A DNA stretch of 27,837 nt from Bacteroidia bacterium. Its GTDB lineage: Bacteria; Bacteroidota; Bacteroidia; Palsa-965. The first letter of the stretch is position 1, and each line of letters starts with the position of its first letter. The position numbers and the translations under genes were made by a program. Positions 1-8,302 of the stretch are shown one piece after another. The DNA is taken from the NCBI GenBank assembly GCA_035999585.1, contig DASYGQ010000315.1, positions 1 through 27,837 of the forward strand, written 5' to 3'. Under the pieces are notes generated by a model. The model was given only the letters and a program-made list of their open reading frames with translations. It searched no databases and was not told the origin of the DNA.

Positions 1-87
1 AAGACCAGCACCCATTGCAGCAACACCATAACCAATGCCTACGTTAGCACCGGAAACAGCAGCATCCAATAAAATGTTTGATAACAT
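1..87 (-). CDS. atpE: F0F1 ATP synthase subunit c, 5' part only (runs off the window start; not in the ORF track)
   Basis: Manual translation from the ATG at 87 gives MLSNILLDAAVSGANVGIGYGVAAMGAGL, a Gly/Ala-rich first helix typical of subunit c. It lies directly downstream of atpB. Confidence 0.9.
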   Translation of the reverse strand, partial: MLSNILLDAAVSGANVGIGYGVAAMGAGL

Positions 88-155
88 GTTGTGTGTTTTT
101 AATTTCCCTGTTTTCTTTCTCTCAGACCGGCAACAGGAAACAGCCGGCAAAATCA

Positions 156-1280
156 TCAGTGATGCTCTGCATGTGCATGTTCTTCCGTAGCTGTCCCGAA
201 GTACATGGCAGCGAGCAATGTAAATACGTAAGCCTGCAGAAATGCTACCAGCAGTTCAAGCATACCCATGAATATGGTAAAAGCCACGGAGAAGACCGCC
301 ACCCCGAATCCAAGACCTGTGCTCATTTCGGCAAAAATGAAAATAAGACAGAAAAATGATAGGGCGATGATGTGGCCTGCCAGCATGTTGGCAAAAAGTC
401 GGATCATCAATACGAAAGGTTTCAGGAACACACCGATGATTTCAATAGGAGTCAGGAGGACAAGTACGCCAACCGGAACACCGGGCATGGCTACGATGTG
501 TCTCCAATAGTTCAGGTTTCCGCTAATGGTGGTGATCACAAAAACCAGGAATGCGAGTGTCAATGCTACCGCAATATTGCCGGTTACATTGGCGCCACCT
601 GGCATGACTGGTATCAGGCCGAGCATATTGCTGAACCAGATGAAGAAGAATATCGTAAGTAGGAATGGAAGGTATTTCATGTATTTCTTCGGACCGATTG
701 CCGATTTGGCAATGTCGTCACGAACGAAAATGATAAGCGGCTCCACAAAACTCTGGATGCCTTTGGGTGCAACTCCGGGCGCTCTTTTGTAAGCATTGGC
801 CGCAGAAATGAAAACCCACATCATCAGAGCCATGGTGATGAAGATGGAAAGAACGTTTTTGGTGATCGATAAATCAATAACACTGGCTGAAACTTCTTCG
901 TCTACTGTGCCGTCAGAGCGGAGGGCAATCATTTTATGGGAGCCATCTGCATTTTTTTCGTAGCGAAAGCCTTTGCTGCCATCTTCCAGATGACTGGAAG
1001 AAAACACGCTGATTCCTCTTTTTGAATAAATGATCACAGGAAGCGGAACCGCAACATGACCCGCAATGTGCCATTCGTGTGAATCGGAAATGTGCTCGAT
1101 AATCAGTTCGCCGGCATTGAATTTGCCTTCTTTTACCTCGTTTTTTGTCTCAGTCGAAGTTTTTGCCGCCTTTTCATTGTCCGGATCACCGGCATAGGAA
1201 AGAAAGCTCAGGCATGAAAAAGACAGAATGAGGAGAAAACGAAGCGAAAATGTCCTGAAACAAGTGTATTTATGGGCCAT
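156..1280 (-). CDS. atpB: F0F1 ATP synthase subunit a, with Bacteroidota-type N-terminal extension
   Basis: Contains Q(S/N)xxEPLIxFVRD, ANVTGNIAVxLTLA and LMIRLFANMLAGH (essential Arg region), plus ELLVAFLQAYVFTLLAAMY. Confidence 0.97.
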   Translation of the reverse strand: MAHKYTCFRTFSLRFLLILSFSCLSFLSYAGDPDNEKAAKTSTETKNEVKEGKFNAGELIIEHISDSHEWHIAGHVAVPLPVIIYSKRGISVFSSSHLEDGSKGFRYEKNADGSHKMIALRSDGTVDEEVSASVIDLSITKNVLSIFITMALMMWVFISAANAYKRAPGVAPKGIQSFVEPLIIFVRDDIAKSAIGPKKYMKYLPFLLTIFFFIWFSNMLGLIPVMPGGANVTGNIAVALTLAFLVFVITTISGNLNYWRHIVAMPGVPVGVLVLLTPIEIIGVFLKPFVLMIRLFANMLAGHIIALSFFCLIFIFAEMSTGLGFGVAVFSVAFTIFMGMLELLVAFLQAYVFTLLAAMYFGTATEEHAHAEHH

Positions 1281-1317
1281 CTGGCAGAATCAGTTAACAG
1301 GTTTTTGAAATCGGGTG

Positions 1318-1325
1318 CAAACATA
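1318..1325 (-). promoter_or_regulatory. Bacteroidota sigma-70 -7 element (TATGTTTG) upstream of atpB
   Basis: Exact TAnnTTTG match on the minus strand 37 nt upstream of the atpB ATG. The -33 position has only TTTC. Confidence 0.55.
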
Positions 1326-1475
1326 TAGAATATGTGACAATAATTGAAAAAAAACGAGTTGAATTTTTAACAATTTCTCCCACCCCTTTCAGGCTGCTTA
1401 TGAATGCTGCAGGGAGGCCGATGAAAGAGCGGATGATTAAATAGCGTAAAGGTTGATTACGAGTGATTAATGAGG

Positions 1476-1844
1476 CTATTTTCTGAGTTTCCGGTATAAG
1501 CTGGAAATTTCAAAAACAGTAAAAAGGAAATACATGGACAGGAAATACAAGGCGGTGATACGGGCATGATCCCTGTCGGTGAGAAAAACAACGATGAGAA
1601 ACAAGAAATAAATGAATAGTTTAAGAGCAGTGAGGCCCATGAAACGATTCACAAAAATCTGGGGTTTGTTTTCAGAGGCCCTTACAAGTAGAAAATGTAC
1701 ACCATAGGTAACCAAGGCGAAAAAAATGAAAATAAACCAGGAGATGGAGTTGTGAAAGACGGGAGGTGTCAACGCGTTCCAGCAGCCAAGTAAAACAGCA
1801 ACCAGTATCGTGAAAATCAGAAATTTATAATTAAACTCCTTCAT
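1476..1844 (-). CDS. Four-TM membrane protein, probably AtpI-like (ATP synthase accessory)
   Basis: Hydrophobic ~122 aa protein with the FVNRFMGLTALKLF motif, located between the AtpZ-family gene and atpB. I chose the ATG at 1844 (MKEFNY) because a TACCTTCG -7-like element overlaps the ORF-track GTG start at 1865. Confidence 0.7.
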   Translation of the reverse strand: MKEFNYKFLIFTILVAVLLGCWNALTPPVFHNSISWFIFIFFALVTYGVHFLLVRASENKPQIFVNRFMGLTALKLFIYFLFLIVVFLTDRDHARITALYFLSMYFLFTVFEISSLYRKLRK

Positions 1845-1939
1845 AGAAATGCCTTTTTCAGGCACGAAGGTAAGCTTTTTGGGTATTGCAGGGTTTTATT
1901 GCGAAGGTGGGCAAGAAGGGAAATGACATGAGTAAAGCC

Positions 1940-2173
1940 TTATTTTTTCTTAATAAAATCTCGGATGAAATACCAAAGCGCTGCAAAAACACCGAACAAG
2001 CTCAGGAACAATGTGAAGGCTGGAAATTTCCAGCCGGTCAGTCCGTCCAGCCAATGGCCCAAAAATGCACAGCCACCCATGATGGCCGCCATCTGAAGTC
2101 CCATAGCAGAATACTTAATAAAATCAGTAGACTGCTGCTTTTTCTTTGGTTGTTCCGTTTGCTGTGGTTGCAT
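1940..2173 (-). CDS. AtpZ/AtpI family protein (ATPase gene 1 type, two TM helices)
   Basis: KYSAMGLQMAAIMGGCAFLGHWLD...PAFTLFLSLFGVFAALWY fits the family pattern (GxxLD followed by a second helix). Located at the head of the atp operon. Confidence 0.85.
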   Translation of the reverse strand: MQPQQTEQPKKKQQSTDFIKYSAMGLQMAAIMGGCAFLGHWLDGLTGWKFPAFTLFLSLFGVFAALWYFIRDFIKKK

Positions 2174-2558
2174 GCTTCATGTCTTTAACTACTCCTCCCA
2201 TGCTGCATGATCCGGTAAAATCAGCTCCGGGTTCAATAGACAATTTATTGGTTATCAGATCGCCCGATAACTTAGCTGTTGATTTCAGCGAAAGCAGTTC
2301 AGATACAGTCACTTTCGCGCGAATAGTGCCTGAAATGTCAGCGTTCTGACAAACAACCTCGCCGTCTACAGTACCTGTAGTGCCGACAACCAGTTTGCCT
2401 TTCACGTTGATAGATCCTTTGATGCTTCCGTCTATACGAATATCTCCGTTTGATTTGATATCACCTTCAATGATGGTTCCTGCCCCGATCAGGTTGATGG
2501 AGGGTGAATCCGTAAGATTTGTTTTGGACATCCCGTTGCTTTTGTTTGAGTTGAACAT
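2124..2558 (-). CDS. Bactofilin (polymer-forming cytoskeletal protein, CcmA family)
   Basis: NLIGAGTIIEGDIKSNGDIRIDGSIKGSI...KLVVGTTGTVDGEV...LSIEPGADFTGSCSM is a canonical bactofilin beta-helix. Confidence 0.95.
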   Translation of the reverse strand: MFNSNKSNGMSKTNLTDSPSINLIGAGTIIEGDIKSNGDIRIDGSIKGSINVKGKLVVGTTGTVDGEVVCQNADISGTIRAKVTVSELLSLKSTAKLSGDLITNKLSIEPGADFTGSCSMGGVVKDMKHATTANGTTKEKAAVY

Positions 2559-2687
2559 GGATTAAAAAATTTGAATGCAAGTAAAAGTAGGGAAAAAATA
2601 ACAAAAAACAGGAGAAAAACGCTTAAATACCAACAAATAATGAACAATATGGGGTTTATTTGTTAAGAAAAGGGCGATGCCCAGGGA

Positions 2688-5432
2688 TTAAGGGTTTTTC
2701 TTGAAGTAATTGGTATTGAAAAAGGCCTTAAAATCATCCGTGTTCTTTTCATGGAAAAAGACCGTAAAATTGTCGGATGACATGACAAATACCTCCACCT
2801 TACTCAGGTTGACATCCTTAAACACATCCTTATCGCCTTTTACAAATTCATAATAAGTCATTGCAGCCTTCTTGTCGGGAAACTCTTTGATCTTAACAAT
2901 CTGAAAATCTTCAGCGATCGGGATACTGCTTATCGTGAGACTGATTGTGCTGAAATACTGCTGATTGAAATTTGACAGGTTTGTCTTGAAGTTGTTTAAA
3001 TCAGTTTTTCCCTTTAGCACGATAACCGCAAAGTGAGGTGCATCTTCCTGAAAAATGTATTTTTCTCTTTTTGCCTCTGCTGCTGCAATAGAATCGGCAT
3101 GAGGATCGGGTTTGCCGCCCGACTGCACACGTTTGATCATATCCAGCATTCCCTGAGCCTGATTGTGGATTTCATCTTTCGGATATTTCATCATCACCGA
3201 TGTGAGAGCCAATGAAAAAGCTTTCACATCACCTGTGCGGCCGATCGAAAGAGCGCGGAGATATGCAAATTTGGGTGATAATTTGCTGCCTCCATAGATG
3301 GAGTCGGCTGTGTTGCAACGGACAATCACCTCTGAATAATGCCCGCCCAGGTATTGGGCATACGTTTCGGTATAAAAAGCTTTTACGATGTCCTGGTTGG
3401 CTTTCGCATTATTCAGGTTTTCAGGATGTTTGAGAAGTTCGGCCAATTCGGAATCCGGGAACTTTGTCAGGATTATATTTCTGTTGTAATCTGCTTTTTC
3501 CTGATTGCCCAGAACCAGATAAAGACGGTACAAAAAATAATACGCCGTTGGAATGTATTTGTTCTGCGGAAAACGACTGACCATCTCTTCAAAGGTTCCT
3601 GCTGCCTTTTCATTGTTCATCAGTGCCTCTTTGTAAATAATCCCTGCATTGTAATAGGCATCCACAATGCGGATGTTTGAGCGGTCAATGGCATCTTTAG
3701 TTAATGGAAGATTTTTGAGATAAGGACTACGGGAGGATAATCCGGCCGGAGTGCCTTTTTTTCCGTCTTTTTTACCTGCAACAACTTTCGCTGTATCCTG
3801 CTCTTCTGTTGTTGGAATGGCATCGGTAGGAATAGCGGCTTCCTTATTCAGCCTTCTCCAATTGTCTTCCAGTTTCCTGTCTCCCCATTTCTTCCGGAAG
3901 TCGGCAACACCAAAACTGATCGCCGCCGAATTATTGAAATACCACGATGCATCAACACCCGGTGTCGGGGTCGGTGAATTGGCTGCCAAGCCCGGAGTGG
4001 TCGTATTGGGATTTGCTTTGGCAGCCAGACGCGCTTCTTCCTTTTTCTTTTCTTCTTCCTTGGTTTTTGCAATCAGTCTGTCAATGAAGACATTCCTTGA
4101 CGAACTGTCCATCGCAGCAATTCGCTGCAGGCTGTCCTCAACACTTATTATTTTCAGATTTTTTACAAGATCAGTCAGGTTTTTTTGTTTGGCGACAATC
4201 ATGTCGTAATTGGGAAACTCCTTTTTGATCAGAGGTACGACACTGTCGTAATATAACTGAGCAAGCCTGTAATCAGGCCGGTCGTAATACAAATCCGCAA
4301 GACGCAGATAAGACAATGCCTTCTGGTTTGGATTTTTTGTGCTTACGAGAATGGATTTATGGAGGTAATCAATTCCTTTCGCTTCCTGTTTTTCTCTCAA
4401 TTCAATGCCTGCAAGCGTATAATAGATCTGATCACGGTAGTCCTCGTTCTTGAAATCCTTCAGCATGGCCATCAGCTCTTTTTTGATCTGGTCTCCTTTG
4501 CCTTCGGAAAAATCATAAAGCCGTGCACGGTTCAGGCGTGCATTGAATTCCATATCATAGGTGGGCCTTAAACGAATAACGGATGTAAACAGGCTGACCG
4601 CTTTTTTGTTCTGTCCTTGTTTCTCATAGAGCTGAGCCAGCACATATTCATAACGTGCACGGTCCTTATTGTTGACCGAAAACGGGCCATTCTTTAATGG
4701 ACCAATTGCTTTCAGCGGACCAGTGGGTTCCAGCAAAGTAATTGACTTTGTCAGGTTTTGAATGGCAGCCTCATACAATTCGCGTTTGATATTGTAATCT
4801 GCAGCAAGAGCATACAATTCAGCGGCTTTCTTTTTTGGGAATTTTTTGTCATCCTTCAAAAGCGTCAGAAGCTCCTCCGATTTTGAGAAAATGCTTGTTT
4901 CATTATAGGTGCGGATAAGCCACAGAAAGCCATCATAGCGGATCGGCCGCTTGGCATATTTTTTTGTTACATATTCAAAGGCATCTACCGCTGCAAAATA
5001 TTCCTGTTTGTAAAAACGGGCTTTGCCGATGGTGAGAAAACAGTCTTCGATCCAGACATTCGCACCCGCGATTTCCACATTTTTTTTATCAGTGATCATA
5101 TGCCGCTCAATGGCATTGGTGGCCTTTTTGATGGCCTTATCCATGTCACCCGAAGCCATTTTCAGGCTTTCTTTTTGTGCATATTTAAAAAGGGGGAGAA
5201 TGTTGGAATAATCATCGACGTAGGATTTATCGATCTTTGCAACGCCATCTTTGATTGCTTCCCGTGCGTAAAAATAGCCGTTGTAACGGGTGTTTATTCT
5301 GTGGTAACTACGTGTTACCCAGGTGTTTTTATTGGTGGCGCAGCCAAACAGGCCTCCTGCCAGGAAAACTGCAAAACAGATATGTAGACTTAAACGTTTC
5401 AACCAGAGCTTCGGATAAACAGAATGACGCAT
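2688..5432 (-). CDS. sprE: T9SS periplasmic TPR lipoprotein SprE/PorW
   Basis: Lipoprotein signal ending LFG-C, followed by ATNKNTWVTRSYHRINTRYNGYF. Many TPR-like helices and the WYFNN...FRKKWGDRKLEDNWRR motif. Upstream of bactofilin/atp as in other Bacteroidota. I prefer the ATG at 5432 because the TTG at 5456 lies inside a -7 element. Confidence 0.85.
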   Translation of the reverse strand: MRHSVYPKLWLKRLSLHICFAVFLAGGLFGCATNKNTWVTRSYHRINTRYNGYFYAREAIKDGVAKIDKSYVDDYSNILPLFKYAQKESLKMASGDMDKAIKKATNAIERHMITDKKNVEIAGANVWIEDCFLTIGKARFYKQEYFAAVDAFEYVTKKYAKRPIRYDGFLWLIRTYNETSIFSKSEELLTLLKDDKKFPKKKAAELYALAADYNIKRELYEAAIQNLTKSITLLEPTGPLKAIGPLKNGPFSVNNKDRARYEYVLAQLYEKQGQNKKAVSLFTSVIRLRPTYDMEFNARLNRARLYDFSEGKGDQIKKELMAMLKDFKNEDYRDQIYYTLAGIELREKQEAKGIDYLHKSILVSTKNPNQKALSYLRLADLYYDRPDYRLAQLYYDSVVPLIKKEFPNYDMIVAKQKNLTDLVKNLKIISVEDSLQRIAAMDSSSRNVFIDRLIAKTKEEEKKKEEARLAAKANPNTTTPGLAANSPTPTPGVDASWYFNNSAAISFGVADFRKKWGDRKLEDNWRRLNKEAAIPTDAIPTTEEQDTAKVVAGKKDGKKGTPAGLSSRSPYLKNLPLTKDAIDRSNIRIVDAYYNAGIIYKEALMNNEKAAGTFEEMVSRFPQNKYIPTAYYFLYRLYLVLGNQEKADYNRNIILTKFPDSELAELLKHPENLNNAKANQDIVKAFYTETYAQYLGGHYSEVIVRCNTADSIYGGSKLSPKFAYLRALSIGRTGDVKAFSLALTSVMMKYPKDEIHNQAQGMLDMIKRVQSGGKPDPHADSIAAAEAKREKYIFQEDAPHFAVIVLKGKTDLNNFKTNLSNFNQQYFSTISLTISSIPIAEDFQIVKIKEFPDKKAAMTYYEFVKGDKDVFKDVNLSKVEVFVMSSDNFTVFFHEKNTDDFKAFFNTNYFKKNP

Positions 5433-5453
5433 TGGGAAATAACGCCCAAAAGG

Positions 5454-5461
5454 CAAATTTA
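5454..5461 (-). promoter_or_regulatory. -7 promoter element (TAAATTTG) for sprE
   Basis: Exact TAnnTTTG match 21 nt upstream of the ATG at 5432. No -33 TTTG seen. Confidence 0.5.
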
Positions 5462-5577
5462 TTGTATTTTCCCATAAAGCGGTCTGATTTTAGAAGGTAT
5501 GAATGATTCCTGGTACTTTTATTCCGGAAAAGGCAGAAACCCGATCAATCGTTGTTTTAAAAACAATCAAATCCTCC

Positions 5578-6435
5578 ATGAAACTATCCTTCTTTTTGTT
5601 TCTGACAGCTTTGAGCTTTTCATGCTTAGCCCAGAATAATTTTCTTCTATGGGAAATAAGTGGCAACGGCCTCAAAGCCCCGTCCTACCTGTTTGGCACA
5701 TATCATCTGATCAACAGTACCTTCATTGATTCCATGCCTCTGATCCAAAAGAAATTCGATGCTTGCAGTACTGTGGCCGGTGAAATCCTGATGGATGCAG
5801 GAACACTTGCAAAAGTGTCGGAATCAGCGATCATGAAGGATTCCAGCCTTTCGCAACTGATGACAAAAGAAGAATATGATCTGACGGCAGCCTATCTGAA
5901 AGAAACCACCGGAATGAACCTGAGCCTCTTCGATAAAATGAAGCCCGTTGTGATCAGCACCTTGTTTTATACAGCCCTGATTCCAAAAAATAACCCCGGA
6001 AAACCCATGGATATCTATTTTCAGGAAATGGCCAAAAAGCAAGGTAAAAATCTGGTGGGCTTGGAAACCGTTGAGGATCAGATTGCAGTATTGTTCAATA
6101 GCATGCCTCTGAAACGTCAGGCCCGTATGCTTGTGGAGACCGTGAAGGATAAGGACAAAAATCTGAAGGAAATGATCCGGATGGATCATTGTTACAGGAA
6201 TCAGGATTTAGACTGTCTGGGACAAAGCATTTCGGAAGACGAATCTTATAGCCCGGATGAAATGGCTCAATTGGTTGAACTGCGAAACCAGAGATGGATC
6301 GCGGAGCTTCCGGCTATGATGCAGGAAAAGAGTTGTTTCATTGCTGTTGGAGCAGGTCACCTTCCGGGCGAAAAAGGCCTCCTTGAAATGCTCCGGCGTA
6401 AAGGATACCAGGTGAATGGCCTGAAAATGAATTGA
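5578..6435 (+). CDS. TraB/PrgY/GumN (Tiki-like) family secreted protein
   Basis: Signal peptide MKLSFFLFLTALSFSCLA-Q, then LLWEISGNGLKAPSYLFGTYH, GLETVEDQ, RNQRW and FIAVGAGHL family motifs. Start moved from 5503 to the ATG at 5578. Confidence 0.9.
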   Translation: MKLSFFLFLTALSFSCLAQNNFLLWEISGNGLKAPSYLFGTYHLINSTFIDSMPLIQKKFDACSTVAGEILMDAGTLAKVSESAIMKDSSLSQLMTKEEYDLTAAYLKETTGMNLSLFDKMKPVVISTLFYTALIPKNNPGKPMDIYFQEMAKKQGKNLVGLETVEDQIAVLFNSMPLKRQARMLVETVKDKDKNLKEMIRMDHCYRNQDLDCLGQSISEDESYSPDEMAQLVELRNQRWIAELPAMMQEKSCFIAVGAGHLPGEKGLLEMLRRKGYQVNGLKMN

Positions 6436-6492
6436 GTCCGACTGTTCGTAATTCAATCCGGTCTTTTGGCCGGATTAAACTATTTTTGCCAC

Positions 6493-7623
6493 ATGCTTTT
6501 CCGTACTATCATAGGTCAGGACGAAATCAAACAACGTCTCATTCATTCGGTAAAAGAGAATCGTATCAGCCATGCCCAGTTGTTCCTCGGTCCTGAAGGA
6601 AGTGGCAGTCTGGCATTGGCTTTTGCTTATGCCCAATACATATACTGTATCAACAAGCAGGAGGGAGACTCCTGCGGTGTCTGCCCCGCCTGCCTGAAAT
6701 GTCAGAAACTGGTGCATCCCGATCTCCATCTTGTGTTCCCGGTTGCTTTATCCAAAGATGTGGAGGTCAGCGATGATCTCCTCGCTGATTTCAGAGCGGC
6801 TTTTCTGGCAGATCCCTATCTGACTTTGCAGTCGTGGTTCGATGCGCTTGGTGCAGAAAATAAACAACCGGTCATTGCGGTTAAAGAAAGTGCATCCATT
6901 CTGCGCAAACTCAGCCTGACAACCTTTGAAGGCGGTTTTAAAACAATGGTTATCTGGCTTCCTGAAAAAATGCACACCGCAGCTGCCAATAAACTGCTTA
7001 AAATACTGGAAGAGCCGCCGGATAAAACATTGTTTTTGCTCGTCACCGAAAACGAAGATCAATTACTTCGCACGATTGTATCCCGTACCCAACTCATCAG
7101 CATCGGCAAATTGTCCGATCCGGTCATGTGTGAAGCGCTGGAGCGAAACCGGGGCTTGAGCTCAGAGGAAGCTGTAAAGCTGGCTTTTCTGGCCGATGGG
7201 AGTTACAGCAAAGCGCTGAAAATGCTGGGTGAGCATGAAAGTGCCGCCATGTATCTGCGTTTGTTTCAGTCCTGGATGCGTGCCTGCCTCAAATTCGATG
7301 CAGTTAAGGTCATCGAAATCATCGAAGACATTACTCCGCTGAAACGTGAAAAACACAAGGAATTTCTTCGATACTCCTTGGGCATTCTGCGGGAATGCAT
7401 CGTAATGAATTACGCGGATCCTTCTCTGGTGCGGCTGCAAGGGGAAGAACTGGAATTTGTCAAAAAATTTTCCCGTTTTATCCATGCCGGTAACTGCGAA
7501 CGTTTCATCGAAGAACTTAATAAAGCAACCGCATCCATAGAACGGAATGCGGCACCCAAAATGCTTTTTATGGATTTGTCATTCCGAGCCAACGAGCTTC
7601 TCAATATCCCCGTCCCTGTCTGA
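6493..7623 (+). CDS. holB: DNA polymerase III subunit delta'
   Basis: IIGQ, HAQLFLGPEGSG (degenerate Walker A), zinc motif CGVCPAC, HPDLH and AANKLLKILEEPP. Start at the ATG of MLFRTIIGQ. Confidence 0.95.
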   Translation: MLFRTIIGQDEIKQRLIHSVKENRISHAQLFLGPEGSGSLALAFAYAQYIYCINKQEGDSCGVCPACLKCQKLVHPDLHLVFPVALSKDVEVSDDLLADFRAAFLADPYLTLQSWFDALGAENKQPVIAVKESASILRKLSLTTFEGGFKTMVIWLPEKMHTAAANKLLKILEEPPDKTLFLLVTENEDQLLRTIVSRTQLISIGKLSDPVMCEALERNRGLSSEEAVKLAFLADGSYSKALKMLGEHESAAMYLRLFQSWMRACLKFDAVKVIEIIEDITPLKREKHKEFLRYSLGILRECIVMNYADPSLVRLQGEELEFVKKFSRFIHAGNCERFIEELNKATASIERNAAPKMLFMDLSFRANELLNIPVPV

Positions 7624-7877
7624 TTTTCTGAAAAAAACAAGACGATTTCATCTTTCTTTTCAAAAACAGGATAAATGAACTTGCGATTATCATTTATTAT
7701 AGTACATTTATAATACAATTCTCCTATTTGGTGAATATGTTCAATGTTAAAGATTCCGGAGGGAACGCTTTTTTTTGAGAAAGAGTGAGACAATCATTCA
7801 AAGAATCCTTCGCATTTTTTCATACTCCCTTGTTGTTATTACGGCAGCAAATATGTTTTCCAAATATCCCCCAAAGA

Positions 7878-8087
7878 ATGAACCGCATCAAAGAAATACT
7901 TGCTGAACAAGGACGAACACAAACCTGGCTCGCTAAAAAAATACAGCGCAGCTATGTGGTTACCACCAATTACTGCAATAACAAAACCCAGCCCAGTATT
8001 CCCATTCTTTTTAGAATTGCTGCAGCTCTGAAAGTGGATGTCAGAGAATTGCTGAAATCCACTCCTGGTAAAAAGCACAAGGAATAA
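7878..8087 (+). CDS. Small XRE-family helix-turn-helix protein (69 aa)
   Basis: MNRIKEILAEQGRTQTWLAKKIQRSYVVTTNYCNNKTQPSIPILFRIAAALKVDVRELL matches the short Bacteroidota HTH_3/XRE pattern. Start moved from 7785 to the ATG at 7878. Confidence 0.9.
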   Translation: MNRIKEILAEQGRTQTWLAKKIQRSYVVTTNYCNNKTQPSIPILFRIAAALKVDVRELLKSTPGKKHKE

Positions 8088-8302
8088 ACTCTTTTCCCGA
8101 TCCACTCTTCCGATTCACCTTCCCGCCAATGTTTTCACAAAAACGTCCATCATCTGGATAGTGTCCCGAATGATCATTAAGAATGAACTGAAGAAAAGAA
8201 TTGACGAAAGATTCCTGAGTCAAGATTTGGTTTAGTAAAATCAGGTAGGGGCTCCACCGGCATGCGGACTTAATCGGTTGCAATACTCAGGAATCCTCAA
8301 AG

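Noticed and set aside
8041-8283. 80-aa minus-strand ORF between the XRE gene and the array
   Set aside because: No recognisable motif, it overlaps the 3' end of the XRE gene antisense, and there is no clear promoter. Treated as unexplained spacer DNA.
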